From: Eledone cirrhosa
Lineage: Eukaryota
DNA length: 64,000 nt
Reading direction: 5' to 3'
Assembly (NCBI GenBank): GCA_964016885.1
Contig: OZ024742.1
Coordinates: forward strand, 230,578,001-230,642,000
Shown here piece by piece: positions 25,991 through 40,409 of this stretch. A program made the translations under genes and the position numbers. The first letter of the stretch is position 1; the number at the start of each line of letters is the position of its first letter. The notes beneath the pieces are model-generated. The model was not told the origin of the DNA and did no database searches. It saw only the letters and a program-made list of their open reading frames with translations.

Positions 25991-27888
25991 CATGTGTGTG
26001 TGCATGTAGGTGCACTTGTGTTATATAGTATGCGTGTCGATGTTTGCATATGTAAACTTTAAAGTTCTAAATACATAAATAATATATATATCAAAGCATG
26101 TTGCGTCTGTTGGGAAACGTTAGTAATTCCAGTGAGATTAGCATTTCTATAGTTTGAGTTACATCAGGTGAGTATCTTTGATATGCTCCTGGATACTAAC
26201 ACTACCTCATTGAAACATGAATATATTAATCCTACAAACACACACACACACGCACACACACACACACGTATATACATAAATATATATACATAGTTGCATA
26301 CAGTAACAATATGTAAAACATTCCCAAACTTCTGCATCTAATAACTGCATGTACACATGTACAGATACAAAGCACATGTACAGATACAAAACATAGACAT
26401 CCACACATACAATAACATCCATACCTGCACACGCATGCATACATATCTACCTAGTTGATGTTGTTCAAATTCCAATGAGAGAATCTTGTAACTATGTTAC
26501 AAACCGACTCTCTCTCTCTATTGGTAAAAATGTATACAATTATAAAACTAGAAAAACATACATATATGATGGCTGCAGCTCAATTTCAGGTAATACCAAG
26601 CGTGACGTTTAAGTCCTGCTAGTGACTTGCTTATGGCTATGCATCGAAAAAAATGTCACATATCAAGCGATGCCTGTGCTTGATATTTTTTAAGTGAGGA
26701 AAGGCTTTGCACGGGGCCAATCCCACTCTCTGACCATCAGATGCATTTGCCCAAAAAGAAGAACTGGTCTATATAATTGCATGCAAACGAAATCGCTGGT
26801 TTTATATCCGAGTGACTTTCTCCCAGAGAGATGTCTTAATGAAAACTAGGGTTCTATCGCTCTACGACAATGCATACATACGTACGTACATGCGTACATC
26901 CGTACATACATACATACATACATACATACATACATACATACATACATACATACATACATACATACATACATACATACATACATACATGGTGGCTGCCAAC
27001 TCATTTTCGAGTACGGCCACTACTTTATATCCATGTAGGAGAACCCCTACCGATGCGCTGAACGAGTGTAATTTTTTAGTCCAGCCAGCGACTTGAAAAC
27101 TCTGGTACAAACACTACACTTGTGACAATTATTGACACATAGTGCTGGGCCCATGGTACCATGTGACGACAAGTGCAGAGAGATCTCCATTTATAAAGCA
27201 ATGCTTTTATAGTGAGCAAAGGCACTGCACAAAGCCAGTCCCACTCTCTTAACCAAGATGATATTTACCAAAAAGAACAAGTCAACATCATTGGATACCA
27301 TCAGAGTTGCAGGTGTTTTCCTTCTCCTAGAATTCTGCCTTGACAAAGGCTAAGGTGTCATACTTATATGCATACATACATACATACATACATACATACA
27401 TACATACATACATACATACATACATACATACATGCAAAATAGAAACTAGAAGCTAACAACACAGTACAATGAAAATATATATTAGTTTTACACGTGATAT
27501 AGTAGGCGTCTTTACACATCGGACAGTAGTCTTTCATCCGAAAATATAACGAGAAACAAAAGTATCGGTTGCTCTTTTATAGGTTTGTGTTTCAGCCTGT
27601 AGCAGTGGTGATTTCTGGGGTTCTTGGTCCCCTGACCACGTCCCTGCTTACTGTTATCGGGGCAGATTTGGCTTCCCGTGGGTTCGAGCCGTACAAGGTT
27701 AAGAGGCTATGTCTTTCCCATCTTGTTAGCCGGGACCACGAGGCGGGCGATATATTAGGGCAGGAGCCGGGTGGCCTCTTTGGATGAAAGGGTTAATAAT
27801 GCTGATACACACACACACATACACTCACACACCTCTCTGAAAACCCAAAACCATTAGACCGGACCTGGAGCACAAGGATACACACGGC

Positions 27889-28105
27889 ACCACGACTACT
27901 ACCACAACTACCACCACCACTACCGCCACCACCACAACCACCACTACCACTACCACCACCGCCACCGCCACCAACACCACCACCACTACCACCACTACCT
28001 CCACCGCCACTACCGCCGCCACCACTACCGCCACCACTACCACCACCACTACCGCCACCACTACCACCACCACCACCGCCACCAACACCAGCACCACCAA
28101 CAACG
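27889..28105. repeat. (ACC/ACT/GCC)n trinucleotide tract
   Basis: Explains poly-Val ORF 27825..28121. Confidence 0.92.
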
Positions 28106-28409
28106 ACAAACTATATACCACCTCAACACAAACAAAAAATATGAAACAGAAAGATAGAAAGTGAGAAGAGGAAGGAAAAGGAAAACAATTTTGAGAAAAA
28201 GCATGTGTGTATTCAGTCAGCCATTTTGTGTGCGTGTGTGTGTGTGCATGTGTGTGTGAGAGTATGTGTAATTAGATTACATGTGTGTTATGTTTGTGAT
28301 AATTGTATTAATGTTAGACTAACTTTGACTTCATATAAGTGAATACTTTTTACCACACTGTATCGTATACATATATATATATATAAAGAAAAACCATTTA
28401 CGTACGCAC

Positions 28410-28453
<44 letters not shown>

Positions 28454-28527
28454 TATATATATATACACGCCATCTACGTGCAAAAAACATATATATATGT
28501 ATATATGTATGGATATCTATGACTATG

Positions 28528-28608
<81 letters not shown>

Positions 28609-29415
28609 ATATATGGTGTGTGTGTGTGCATGTGTACATATATTTACCTATACGTATATGTCGATATATTGACGGCATAGTGAATACCAGAAAATATGGA
28701 ATGAACCAGTCGTTTGTATCATTGCTCACCTTATTATGTCTGATAAAAAAAATATAGTAGACGTCAGAATTCCCCATAGGATCAATTTAATAGCTTTTTT
28801 TCTTTCCTCTTGTGCTTCCATATAGATGCGCTAGGTCTTTGGTTTGAGTACACAATTAAATTTGCAGCATTTCACAGGGGAAATCGCACAGTTTCGAGAT
28901 CTTTTAAGCTAGTTTGTTTTGTACAAATTATCAGAGAAATTGGATTATTTCATCTACAGCTCCTTCACGTCCATTAATTATGTTATTTTAGCATTCGTAA
29001 TGTAGTCCTTAAGGAGCTGCGTACATCGTAAGAAGAGCACGGAGGAATCTGTGTGTGGGTAAATTTCAAAATGAGTATTGTATATTCTTTAATAAATTAC
29101 ACCGTGAAAGATGAAACGATGGAAAATGTATGTAGGAATATTTGTAAATACACGTGCCTACAATGAAGCAGCTATATATATGTTTGTGTGTGTGTGAATA
29201 AACATACATACATACACAGACACACATATATATTGGATCATCAAGTATGGAATTTGTAGAAATTTATAGAAAGAAATCAAATTTCTACAAATTTTATACT
29301 TGCTGACCCCATATATGTATGTTTATATTTATATATCCTAGTGCGTGCGTGTGCGTGTGCGTGTGTATGTGTGTGTGTGGTGTACCTGTATGCATATAGC
29401 CTTACATACAACCAA

Positions 29416-29448
<33 letters not shown>

Positions 29449-29475
29449 GACATATATATGTATATATATATATAC

Positions 29476-29508
<33 letters not shown>

Positions 29509-29641
29509 CATGGAAAGTTATATTTAAAATTGTTGGGTTACAACTAGTAAATATTTATAACTGATATAAAAGCACTCGACAAATATTTGGAGTATATTTA
29601 CAATATTAAATAAATGGAAATTATATTTATAAAACCATATT

Positions 29642-29707
29642 TATTTCATTATATATATTTCGGGGATATCATATTAACAATATGCTATGCCTTCCTCAGA
29701 CAAAATA
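29642..29707 (-). ncRNA. Minimal type I hammerhead ribozyme, family C, intact core
   Basis: TATTTTGT-CTGAGGA-AGGCATAGCATATTGTTAATATGATATCCCC-GAAA-TATATA-TA-ATGAAATA; within 29510-29750 repeat homologous to 51385-51600. Confidence 0.72.
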
Positions 29708-30817
29708 CAATATAAACAGTTTTATAGATAAATAGATTCGACATACCGTTATAACACCGACTTGCATTTGAAGAGGTTAAGCTGGCAGTGAAAAAATTTT
29801 ATACAGAGAGAAAGAAAGAGAGAAAAAAGAAAGAAAGACAGAAAACGAAGAAAAGGAAGAAAAAGAAGAAATGCATGGAACAAAATATAGAGATGGAAAG
29901 ATAGATAAAGAGAAGAACTTCATGTAAAGAAACAGAAAGAGATATATATATATAGAGAGAGAGGAAATAGAGATAGATACATATATATATAGAAAATTAG
30001 GTAGTGGGAGGTCATTTTGAGTAAATGTATCAATGATACATTTATTTATTTATTTATTTATTTAGCTCTAGTATTAATGTAAGGGAGATATATATATAGA
30101 GAAAAAAATATAGAGAGAGAAAAAATAGCGAGAGAAAAAATTTAAAAATAGCCAGATATATTCGAGGCGTAAAAACCCTATGTCTTAATGTATTAGAATT
30201 CATAAAAATTTTGAAGGGTTGATCTTTGTGGTTTATTTTTATTTTTTATTATTGTAGTATTTTATAATATTTTTTATTTTTATTTTTAATATCTTTAATA
30301 TGTAAATTTTTTAATACGTAATATTTTTTAATACGTAATATTTTTTAGTATGTAATATTTTTAATATGTAATATTCTTTCGTAATATTTTTTTAGTTTTA
30401 TATTTTTATATTTTTTTAGTTTTCTATTTTATTATTACTTATTATTATTATTTTTATTAGTATATTGAAATCTGCTCTCTATTTCTGCTTGATAGATAAT
30501 CTTGTAGAGTAAAGACAGGAATAATAATACACATATATGTATACTCAAATTTTTATACCACATTGAGAATGTTTTCCGTGAACTTAGAGTTTGCAGAGTT
30601 GATAATGTGGATTCGCATGGATGTTTGTAGCTATAACATAAACATATGAATTTTTTTTTTAAAAACTAAACATAAGATAATTAATTTTCACACACTATGG
30701 ATACTTGTCTCATTCAGGAATACTGATATTTACAATATAGTGGAAGTTTTATGAATTCTAATACATTAAGATTTTGAGATCACCAACGTGTGTGTTCGTA
30801 TACTATATTTCTGCTAT

Positions 30818-31035
30818 AGTATATATTTTGTTTTAGTCTCATTCATTCTCAGCCTCACACTCATCGACACAGTCTCAACCTTCTGCATCAAATCCTCTGC
30901 CTCCTTCACTGTGTTTGTCACCAAAAATTTGTCGTCGGCAAATTCAGCATCTGATATCTTTTTCGCCTTAACTCTCCTGCTCTGAGCCGGTGCTACAGTA
31001 AAGCCAGAGTCCTGGTGTTTCTCCAGTGCAAGGCG
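30818..31035 (-). pseudogene. RTE-clade LINE RT catalytic region, inverted 5' segment
   Basis: RLALEKHQDSGFTVAPAQSRRVKAKKISDAEFADDKFLV...VRLRMNETKTKYIL (FADD and N..KTK motifs). Confidence 0.88.
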
Positions 31036-31674
31036 CTGGTAGAGAATGTTGAGAAGCCAGAGGGGATTACTAATGTAGGTGGGAAGCCGCTAGAATTGGT
31101 TGAGGACTTCCTGTATTTGGGAGCAAAGATTGGGAATACGGAAGATGATGTGGTTGAGTGGAAGAGCAAAGCCTGGGAAGCGTGCCACAGCTTGAGATCG
31201 GTGTGGAAGTCGGACCTTCGTAAAGACCTGAAGATCCTCCTCTTCATTGCTGTAGTGGAGTCTGTGCTGCTATACGGGTCTGAGACTTGGACACTGACCA
31301 AGAAACTCACTCAGATGGTGGATGGGTGTTACACGAGTATGCTGAGGATGGCTCTGAACATTAATCAGTATACACTGAGGATGAAAAACTCAGAGCTGTA
31401 TGGGAGCCTCTCAAAAGTCATCTCAAAAGTGACACAGAGGAGACTGAGGTTAGCTGGTCATGCTCACCGACATCTAGAGTTGACATTGCACTCAGTGCTC
31501 CTGTGGGAGCCCCTACATGGACATACTGGAAGAGGAAGACCAAGTTTAACGTAAGTTGATGCCCTAAGGACAGACACTGGTCTGTTGGAGACCCAGGACA
31601 TGGCAGCGATAATGAGGGACAGAAACCGCTGGAGAGAACTCGTCCATGGATCTCGGGAATTTTACCCGCCCTAG
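31036..31674 (+). pseudogene. RTE-clade LINE ORF C-terminus
   Basis: LELVEDFLYLG...ESVLLYGSETWTLT...RRLRLAGH...LWEPLHG..GRGRP, internal stop at 31552-31554, then VDALRTDTG...RDRNRWRELV. Confidence 0.92.
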
Positions 31675-31696
31675 AAATAGTATATATACATATATA

Positions 31697-31920
31697 TAGT
31701 ATAAGAATAGAGGAACAAAGAATTACTGTTGCATCATAACATATCTAATAACATATTACATATGTTTCACAGTCGATCAGCTTGGGGAACGATGTATTAT
31801 TGATCGAACTTGACTCTAGAATCGAAATTCTTATACTATTATACTCTGCTCTGTGCGGGCATCGAGAGCTCACAAGGCATACCGTCTACGGACGCAATTA
31901 TTTTGCACCTATACTCATAT
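31697..31920. mobile_element. PLE-terminal family F: inverted hammerhead 3' half plus tail
   Basis: Homologous to 61300-61430; minus GAAA-CATATG-TA-ATATGTT; TAGTATAAGAA/TTCTTATACTA inverted overlap. Confidence 0.6.
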
Positions 31921-33172
31921 AAATATATATATATATATATATTCAGTCAACTAAACAAGAATGAGTGCATATTCAGCTCACAAACATAAGTTTGTTATTT
32001 GTATTGCCGGCCCGGGTGGCATGTTGTATATTGCAGTAACACTTCATTTTACGTTGTTCATGTTCTCTCAGCTGACTGTAAACCAGTACCACCACCACAA
32101 CCAGCTGCGCCTGTGCTTTCCTCTTCGATGGATTGACCGTCTCTCCAGATGAGATCATCGTAATTTACGTCGCTTGATGCCAAGGAAACTGGAATAAACT
32201 CTGAACTCTGACCACATATGGTTCTTGTCAGATTCAACCTTTAATGCCATAGGTTCTCCTGGATTTCATTAGGTTTTTTATTACGAGATCCTGAACTAAT
32301 TTCCTTGGCAGTACTTACATTTGTGACATTAAGTTTGTTAACGTATTTCTCTTATCTTAAATTTACAATCAGTCAACAAGCAAATTCCACTTAGTACAAT
32401 AAACGAACTAAGTGCTTTTGTTTAATATTTAACAATATATAAGAATATCTCTTGTTGAATGTGGTCATTTGTTTAAACAATATATCATTATTGTTCGTCA
32501 GAAAGAGGTTTCTATGTCCGTATTTATAACAACTGTAGGGGAAAGGTTAACCTTTATCTTCCAATTCTTGAATATAATAAAAACTCAAACAAAATACAAA
32601 AGTAAAAATAAAATACTTCCGAAAATTATTCAGCGATAATAAACAACAAACATATATTTATCCAAATGTGTGAAATGAATTGACTTTCGTAAACAGAATC
32701 AAAAGTTTTAGTTTTCTTTTATTTTCTATCGAGTTATTCAATAGAATCTAATTTATTATATCGGAAATGTAATGAAAACTTTTAAATCTCATTTTCATTT
32801 TCGCATTTTTCTTTTATTATATTTATATTATATTTCTACAATTCTGAGAAGAATATAGATGCTTTAGATTCAACTTTAACACACACATTGTATAATTGAT
32901 GACGCCATTGAAATATTTGCTTTAAATTAATTAAACGAGAAAACAAAATATAACCGACAAAACACTGAACAGCCATTCAAAGGATATAATGGGAGAAGAT
33001 GGTACAATAAAGATACTCGGTTCTATTTCCTATCAGGAAATAAATGGAAGTTGGGAAAAGATACTTTTTGTTTGATTCTGACTAAATATCATCACGTGAT
33101 AAGATACGACTATAAAAACGGAACATAACACTTTAATTTATTTTGAATTATTATCCTTACACACACACACAG

Positions 33173-33221
<49 letters not shown>

Positions 33222-33255
33222 CGTGTGTATAGGTATATGTATGTATGTATATATG

Positions 33256-33442
<187 letters not shown>

Positions 33443-34565
33443 TTGTCTGCTTCAGTAAAGTAAATTGGATTAGAACTTGATGTGTATAGCTTGCTAAAAT
33501 CATTGATTTGCTGAGCGGAATAAATGATAATTGAATTGTTTTAATTTTGTGTTTTTATTTTATTGGATTTATTTCAAAACTTACAGAATTCTTCACAGAT
33601 GTATTGATCGGATTAATAATGATCATGGAATGTTCAAATCGAAATAACGCTACATAAGCATGTGTTGAGCTCCAAGCATTGTTGATTAAATTTCTTTACG
33701 AAATATATCCGAAGATCAATGAATTAGTCATAGATAGATGATTGAGAGCATGCAATGAATGAGAAAAATTTAAATTTTATTTGGATCAAATTTGATTTTT
33801 AATGGTATGTAACCGATAGCGTATGCGCAATGACTGAACTGATAAAAAATACATCAATCAAAGATGGTGATGTCAAAGAGAAGCGGAAATATGTTATGTC
33901 TTCTGGAGGTGTATTTTCTTGGATATAATGTTCTCTTTTACATTGCCTAAGATGTCAACGTTTTGGCATACACAATACTAACCATATGTGAGAGCAAGTA
34001 TTTATTATTTGTACAGATTAAAAGTTTGAACAATGCATTTTTGATTTCACCATAAGCGGTATGAACTGAGACTGCGAAAAATCAATATGTCGACGCAGAA
34101 GTAAATATTTCAAAAAATAACGACTAAATATTGCCTAAAATTACAGGAAAGATATTTCCAGTGATGGAAAACAACTTTATGTAATCGATTTTATCAAAGT
34201 TTTGTGACAATTGTCGACAAACATAGCAAAATTAAAACACTCACCAGCGATGGAAACAGCGTGGTCTATACTCTCATAAATATTAATAAAAATGAATTGT
34301 ATAGGCACAAGGCCAGTAATTTGGGAAGAGGGTAAAGTTCATTAAATCGACCTCAGCGCGTTACTGCGACTTTATGATATCGACCACATAAAGATGATAG
34401 GCAAAGCAAACTTCGGATGGATTTTAACTCAGAACGTAAAGGGCCGTAATACTATGCCGTAGAGCATATTGTCCGACACTATACTGATACTACTACTGCT
34501 TCTATTACTACTACTACTACTACTACTTCTAATACTACTACTACTACTAATAATAATAATAAAAA

Positions 34566-34596
<31 letters not shown>

Positions 34597-34782
34597 AATT
34601 GTTTCTACTTTTGGCACAAGGCCAGCAATTACCCAGTGTATTACTGGTACTTTATTTTATCGACCCCGTAAGGATGAAAGGCAAAGTTAACCTCGGCGGG
34701 ATTTGAACTCATAACGGAAAGGGCCGTGATTCTGTGCGTCAAAGCATGGCGTCCCTCTACCGATAATGCCAATCCACCGTCC
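34597..34782 (-). mobile_element. Main SINE, near full length, with expanded (ATT)n/(AGT)n tail
   Basis: Consensus match; AAT and TAC repeats at 34480-34596 abut its 3' end; older SINE at about 34300-34480. Confidence 0.9.
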
Positions 34783-37630
34783 TTTTGCCAATCCATAATG
34801 CCATACATATCATCGATAGCCACAGTATTACATCAACCACGATGTTATAAAAATGATAGTGGCTTCTCATACAAATATCGGTTTATAACACCAATAGTAC
34901 GAATAATTCGTGGCGAGAAACAAATATGCAACTAATTAATAAGCACGATAGTGTTAATATTATATAGTATAAATTACGATGATAGAAATTGAGTAAAATA
35001 ATATTAGTGGTGGTGGAATTAACAGTGATAAAAGGAAGCAGGTCATAATTGGAGTGTTGGATGAGGGAACAAGAGATGAGGAAGGGAAAGATGAATACTA
35101 AGTCGAGTTATATAGTTGACCCAATCTACTGTTCCGGAAACAGAACTGGTTTGTAGGCTCTATACAAATAACGAGTTTAGACTGTAAGCCCTACGAGGAG
35201 ACGGCACAGAACCAACGGTGACTCGTCCAATCGATGTGAGAAATGAGGCTATGTGTAAACAATTTTAGTGACATGAAGTGGGAGAAAGAAGTTGGATAGA
35301 GATAGTAGAAAGCGAGATTAACAGAAATTGGTTGACAGGCGGGGATGAGGGAAGTGCCTGTGTCTGCTTGCGATTGCAAGCAGACACAGGCACGTCCCAG
35401 GCACTAACATATAGATAAAACTATATATTTTTAAAACTCCGGTTCTTAGGAACAAGAAATGGTGGATGCTCCAGAATTTTTCTAAGCGGCCACAACGTTT
35501 TGGATTCGATTTCATAGAGGAGAATATTAGGTGTTGTTTTTAAAAAAAAACATGGTCACGATTTGAACAATTCATCACATGATTTTTTGTAAACGGATAG
35601 TGGATGGAAGCACCCTGTATACATATATATGCAACCCTAGAAAACACAAACACCTCTCCTACGTCTCTCCTTTGACCCAGTGGAACATGCAGGAAGTGAC
35701 AGCTGAATGGAAAGAGAGCTGCAGCAGAACTGAGTTGGAACTTTCTTCATCGACCCCGAAAATATGAAAGGCAAAATAGACCTAGGAGATATTTGATCAC
35801 AAAATGCAGAAACCAGGAACAAATATCTAAAGTTCTAATGAGTCCGCCAAATTATATACAATGATGTCAATTATATAAAATATAAATTTCCTTATTAATT
35901 ACTCAAAATGTCTATCCCTAATGAGTCATCACTTTGCTTTAAAGTAGTGTTACTCATGTTTCTTCTGCTATATACCATCTTTCAACTACTTGTATTTCCT
36001 ATTCCTTTTAGGTAATCAATTATATATAGTCACTGTTTAATATGCAATATGAAATATTGATGCAACACTAATTCAATTACTTCATCTTTTATTTCATAGA
36101 TAATGGCTCTGAACCTTCATTCACGACGCTATTTTCTCCTCAAGGAATGAATGTCGTAATTAAGAAACATTTAATAATGAAGTAATTTTCCTTGAAGGGT
36201 TAGAATTAATTCATCATTATTATTATAATGTATTCGATAATCAGCTAATAATTATTAAAATATCCGTCAAAACCTTCTTTTCAATGCCAGAAGGATATAC
36301 AATGATTAGACAGTATATGCATACATTAATACTTTATATTTGAAAGGTTCCCTATCTGCGTGTCACATTGTATATTCAGAAATGTTATGCACTACAACCT
36401 CGAGCTAAGTACACTTGATGCGATTCTGAAATTAAACCTATATTTTTGATACTTCACTGATAAATATTTATGTTTTAATAATCCGAAGGCTCATGGCCTA
36501 GTGGTTAAGGGGTTGCTCTTAAAATCATACGGCCGTGGTGTCATATACAGGACAGTGTAACGCGTTGTGTCTGTCAGCAAGATGCCTCTTTTTAAATTGC
36601 AACAATTTGTTCAGATTTATAAAATGAGTACCATCAACAATTGAGATTCAACACCTAAAAAGGACTAGTGAGCCATCCACAGGTCAGTCTTATATGACCA
36701 GAAAAATTGTAATAACGGCCATTATAAAAATTAGTATCATGAAAGCACCCAAGAAATCTGTATGTATGCATGTAGATAAGTGAAGCAGTAGCAACATATT
36801 TCATTAAAATACCCAATAATCCTTTAGTAAAATGCAACCTCAAAAGAAATCAATGTAAGCTTTAACGGCATACATGTGTGTATATGATAGGACCTATCAT
36901 TAAATCACTCAAGAAACTTCTTATGAAATGCAAACTCTTAAGACGCAAGATAAACCAACAGAGATAGGAGAAACCCATTTGAGGCAAACGTCATCTAACC
37001 TTCTATAGGAGTGAGCTGTAACAATATTATACATATATTTGTGTATTATAGGATTACGGTCCGTATAATTTAAATATCCTAATAGGTCTAGGAGCATACT
37101 TCTACCTATATATGTTTCAGCTGTGACACAAGTTTGTTAATGCCGCAATGGGACCAGTTAACACTGTAGATACAACTTCGTAGGCGCTCTGTTAAACCAA
37201 CATATGAATGAGCTGTACTGTATTCTGCAGTTTGTTTCCAATTTCTCTGTTAAGCAATCCTATCCCACTCAACTTCAAAAGACCTCCAAGCTTATTAATT
37301 GTATGATACCTTGATATATAAGAAGAACAGGAGGTGATTTGCATGTATATGTATGTAAATATGTATGTGTTTGTATGTAAGTATATGTGTTTGTGTTTAT
37401 ATGTGTATTTGCATGCAACTATATATATGTATGTGCGTATATATGTATTTAAATATATATGCATATACATGTATGTATATATATATATATGCATTTATAG
37501 ACATACATATGTATATATATATATATGTTTGTGTGCTTAAATATATAGAGGTGTATGTATTAATACACGTTTATATATATTTTTCTATATATAAACACAC
37601 ACTAATATATATATATATATATATATAAAC

Positions 37631-37670
<40 letters not shown>

Positions 37671-39031
37671 GGGGTGGGTATATGTGTGTGTTTGTGTGCG
37701 TGTGTGTGCATATGTATGAGAATGTGTGGGTGGACCTGTGTGTCAAGCTTCACGTGTCGCCCACTTCTATCTATCATTAAACAAATAAATAAGAAAATAG
37801 GAAAAGCCCTACTATCTTGTTACTACAAAGCTAGTGTACAAGAGGCTCAGCTTAATTTCCACTCATGCCAACCACATCCAACCATGTTCAACCACGTTCA
37901 AACACGTAAATCAACTGCAATTCCCTATAGAAAACTTTCTTCGGTTTAGAAAAGTGACAATTGACAACATTTAAATCTCTCAAAGGAATTCTTAGGTGGA
38001 TATCTTCTCAGTTCTATTTACTGAATATCTCTGAATAGCGTTCGTTGAGTATTCCTACAAGAGGCTTTTATGTGACAATACATTACGTTTATTCGCGAAA
38101 TTTTTTCTTTCATGTTTTCAGCAATTGAATTTTAATAGAAAGACGAAATTTGACTACCAAAACCAATGAATAATACAACGTCTTCCACAAATAGTACAAT
38201 GATTATCTATACATATAATATACTGTTGTTGGAATTACATTTTGTTGGTCTACAAACTAATAGCAGATCTAGCCCACATCCTCAATTATCTTGAGGAGGA
38301 CAGATCAAGTAAGGTATACAAACTCACACACACACAGACACACACATGCACATACACATACACACACACACAGTCATATATATCACTACAGCAATCACTC
38401 GCAAACAACTAGGACTTGATAATATGTGTCATGATTTATTGAGTAATTTTAAGTGCCCTAGCAGTCGCAAGACTTCATTGATTCCATGACATATTTAGAC
38501 CTCCACAGCTGGGAGGATAAAGGGCTGAACTAGGACTGAGCTAGTACTTCCTTTATCAACTTTCTAAAATATGAAAAATAAATTGGACCTCGGCAAGATT
38601 ATATCTCAGATTGCAGCCTGCTAGAATATCTAACGTGCGAACAACACCGTGTTTATATTATACTTATGCTATTTTTTTCAGTGTATTGGTCCTGAGTGCC
38701 AGCACCTTTTGAATATCTACATATATATATTTATTTAAGTTTGGTGGTTAACCACTGGATAGAACTGGTCATTCCGTATAGCTAACCATAATGTAATAAT
38801 AGGAAAATCACTCGACGTTATGCAACTCTTCCATCTTTAATGTTGAATGCCGTGTTGGTGGTGCCAGAAGGGAGTTAATTATTATTGAGTAAAATGACAG
38901 GAGGCCGGACTGGTGAAATTCCTTCAAGATTTATTTCAGCAAACCCTATGTACATTTCAATGGCAAGGTTACGTAATATCCGAGTGACATCAAGTGTATA
39001 TTGCATAATTGTTATATAATAAACGAATAAT

Positions 39032-39146
39032 TGTTTCTACTTTTGGCACAAGGCCAGCAAATATCTCAGTGTATTACTGGTACTTTATTTTATCGACCCC
39101 GTAAGGATGAAAGGCAAATTTAACCTCGGCGGGATTTGAACTCAGT
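39032..39146 (-). mobile_element. Main SINE, 5'-truncated, 16-bp TSD
   Basis: TSD ATAATAAACGAATAAT at 39016-39031 and 39149-39164. Confidence 0.92.
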
Positions 39147-39529
39147 CCATAATAAACGAATAATGGTAAACACAATCCAAGAGGCTATAAGGAGAGGAAG
39201 CAGATCAAAAAAACCTAGGGAAAAAGTTTTTGACTCGTAGGTGATTAAGAGGGCCAGTGTTTGTCAGTTAGGCTGCCAACCTTCGTTTTTGGCGAACTCC
39301 CAAGACAGCATGGAGTGGGTTGAACCCGGAGCATAATATTTGCAACAGTATGGAATGTTCAACAGAGTATGGAATGGCAAGTTCTCAACACAGTTGGTAA
39401 ATGACATTTGCCAAAGCTATCACGCAGTTGGATCGAACTCTGGATCTAACGATAGCGAAACGAACTTAACCATTCGGCCATACTGTGACAACGTAGTGGG
39501 GAATAATTTGCTTACATTATATCGTATAT

Positions 39530-39703
39530 TGGCAGTATCGGTAGAGAGTTGGACACCATGCTTTCCAGCATAGTTACGTCCCTTTACGATCTGAGTTCAA
39601 ATCCCGCCGAGGTTGACTTTGCCTTTCATCCTTACGGGGTCGATAAAATAAAGTACCAGTAATGCACTGGGTAATTGCTGGCCTTGTGCCTAAAGTAGAA
39701 ACA
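39530..39703 (+). mobile_element. Main SINE, 14-bp TSD
   Basis: TSD ATTATATCGTATAT at 39516-39529 and 39704-39717. Confidence 0.93.
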
Positions 39704-40409
39704 ATTATATCGTATATATCAACTGAACTTGACCAACGTTTTTGGCGAACTCTCAACGCAGCTGCTACATAGCGTTGTTGCAGTAACCAACTCCATCATG
39801 CCTTGTCTCAGAGCTGGCATGAAATGCAATTCTATACTGTGCTAATAAGAAATTAATGCCACGATTGAATATAACATATTTGATTAGCATGAGCAGCATG
39901 CCCGATGGTTATTTCCCCGGCTTTGTTGTTTGCAGATCAGCAGATATTGATTAGTTAGTTGTTTCACCCACAGGCACACCTACACACACACGCACAAACA
40001 GTGTCTATCTACCATCCTACCTACCTGCATATCTATCTATCTCTCTATATATATATATTTGTCTATCTATCTTTCTATCTATCTATTTATTTATTTCCAA
40101 ACAGCCATTTCAAAGAATTCCCAAACCTATTTCTTTCTTTCTTTCTTTCTTTCTTTCTCCCCCCCCCCCTCCTCTATCTCTCTTAGTTTCAAAGTAATTC
40201 CCTAGCCTATTCATCCCCACCTTTCAGCTCACCGAAATCTAATCCATGTAGTCTCAGTAATAAACAGCCAAACGCCCTCCCAATAGCTTCCGTCCGGAAA
40301 TCTAACATAGACAAAAGAAAGTCATTATTTATTCTTTCCCCATCTCTGCCCACTAACGTTGTAAACAGCCAGTCGTGATGATAAGCATAAACATTGTACA
40401 AAGACTATA

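Noticed and set aside
27560-27800. GC-rich island as coding exon or PLE ORF
   Set aside because: No recognisable motif in the frames I translated
31015-31554. 179-aa ORF as a functional gene
   Set aside because: Truncated RTE ORF with internal stop; its start lies in the inverted segment
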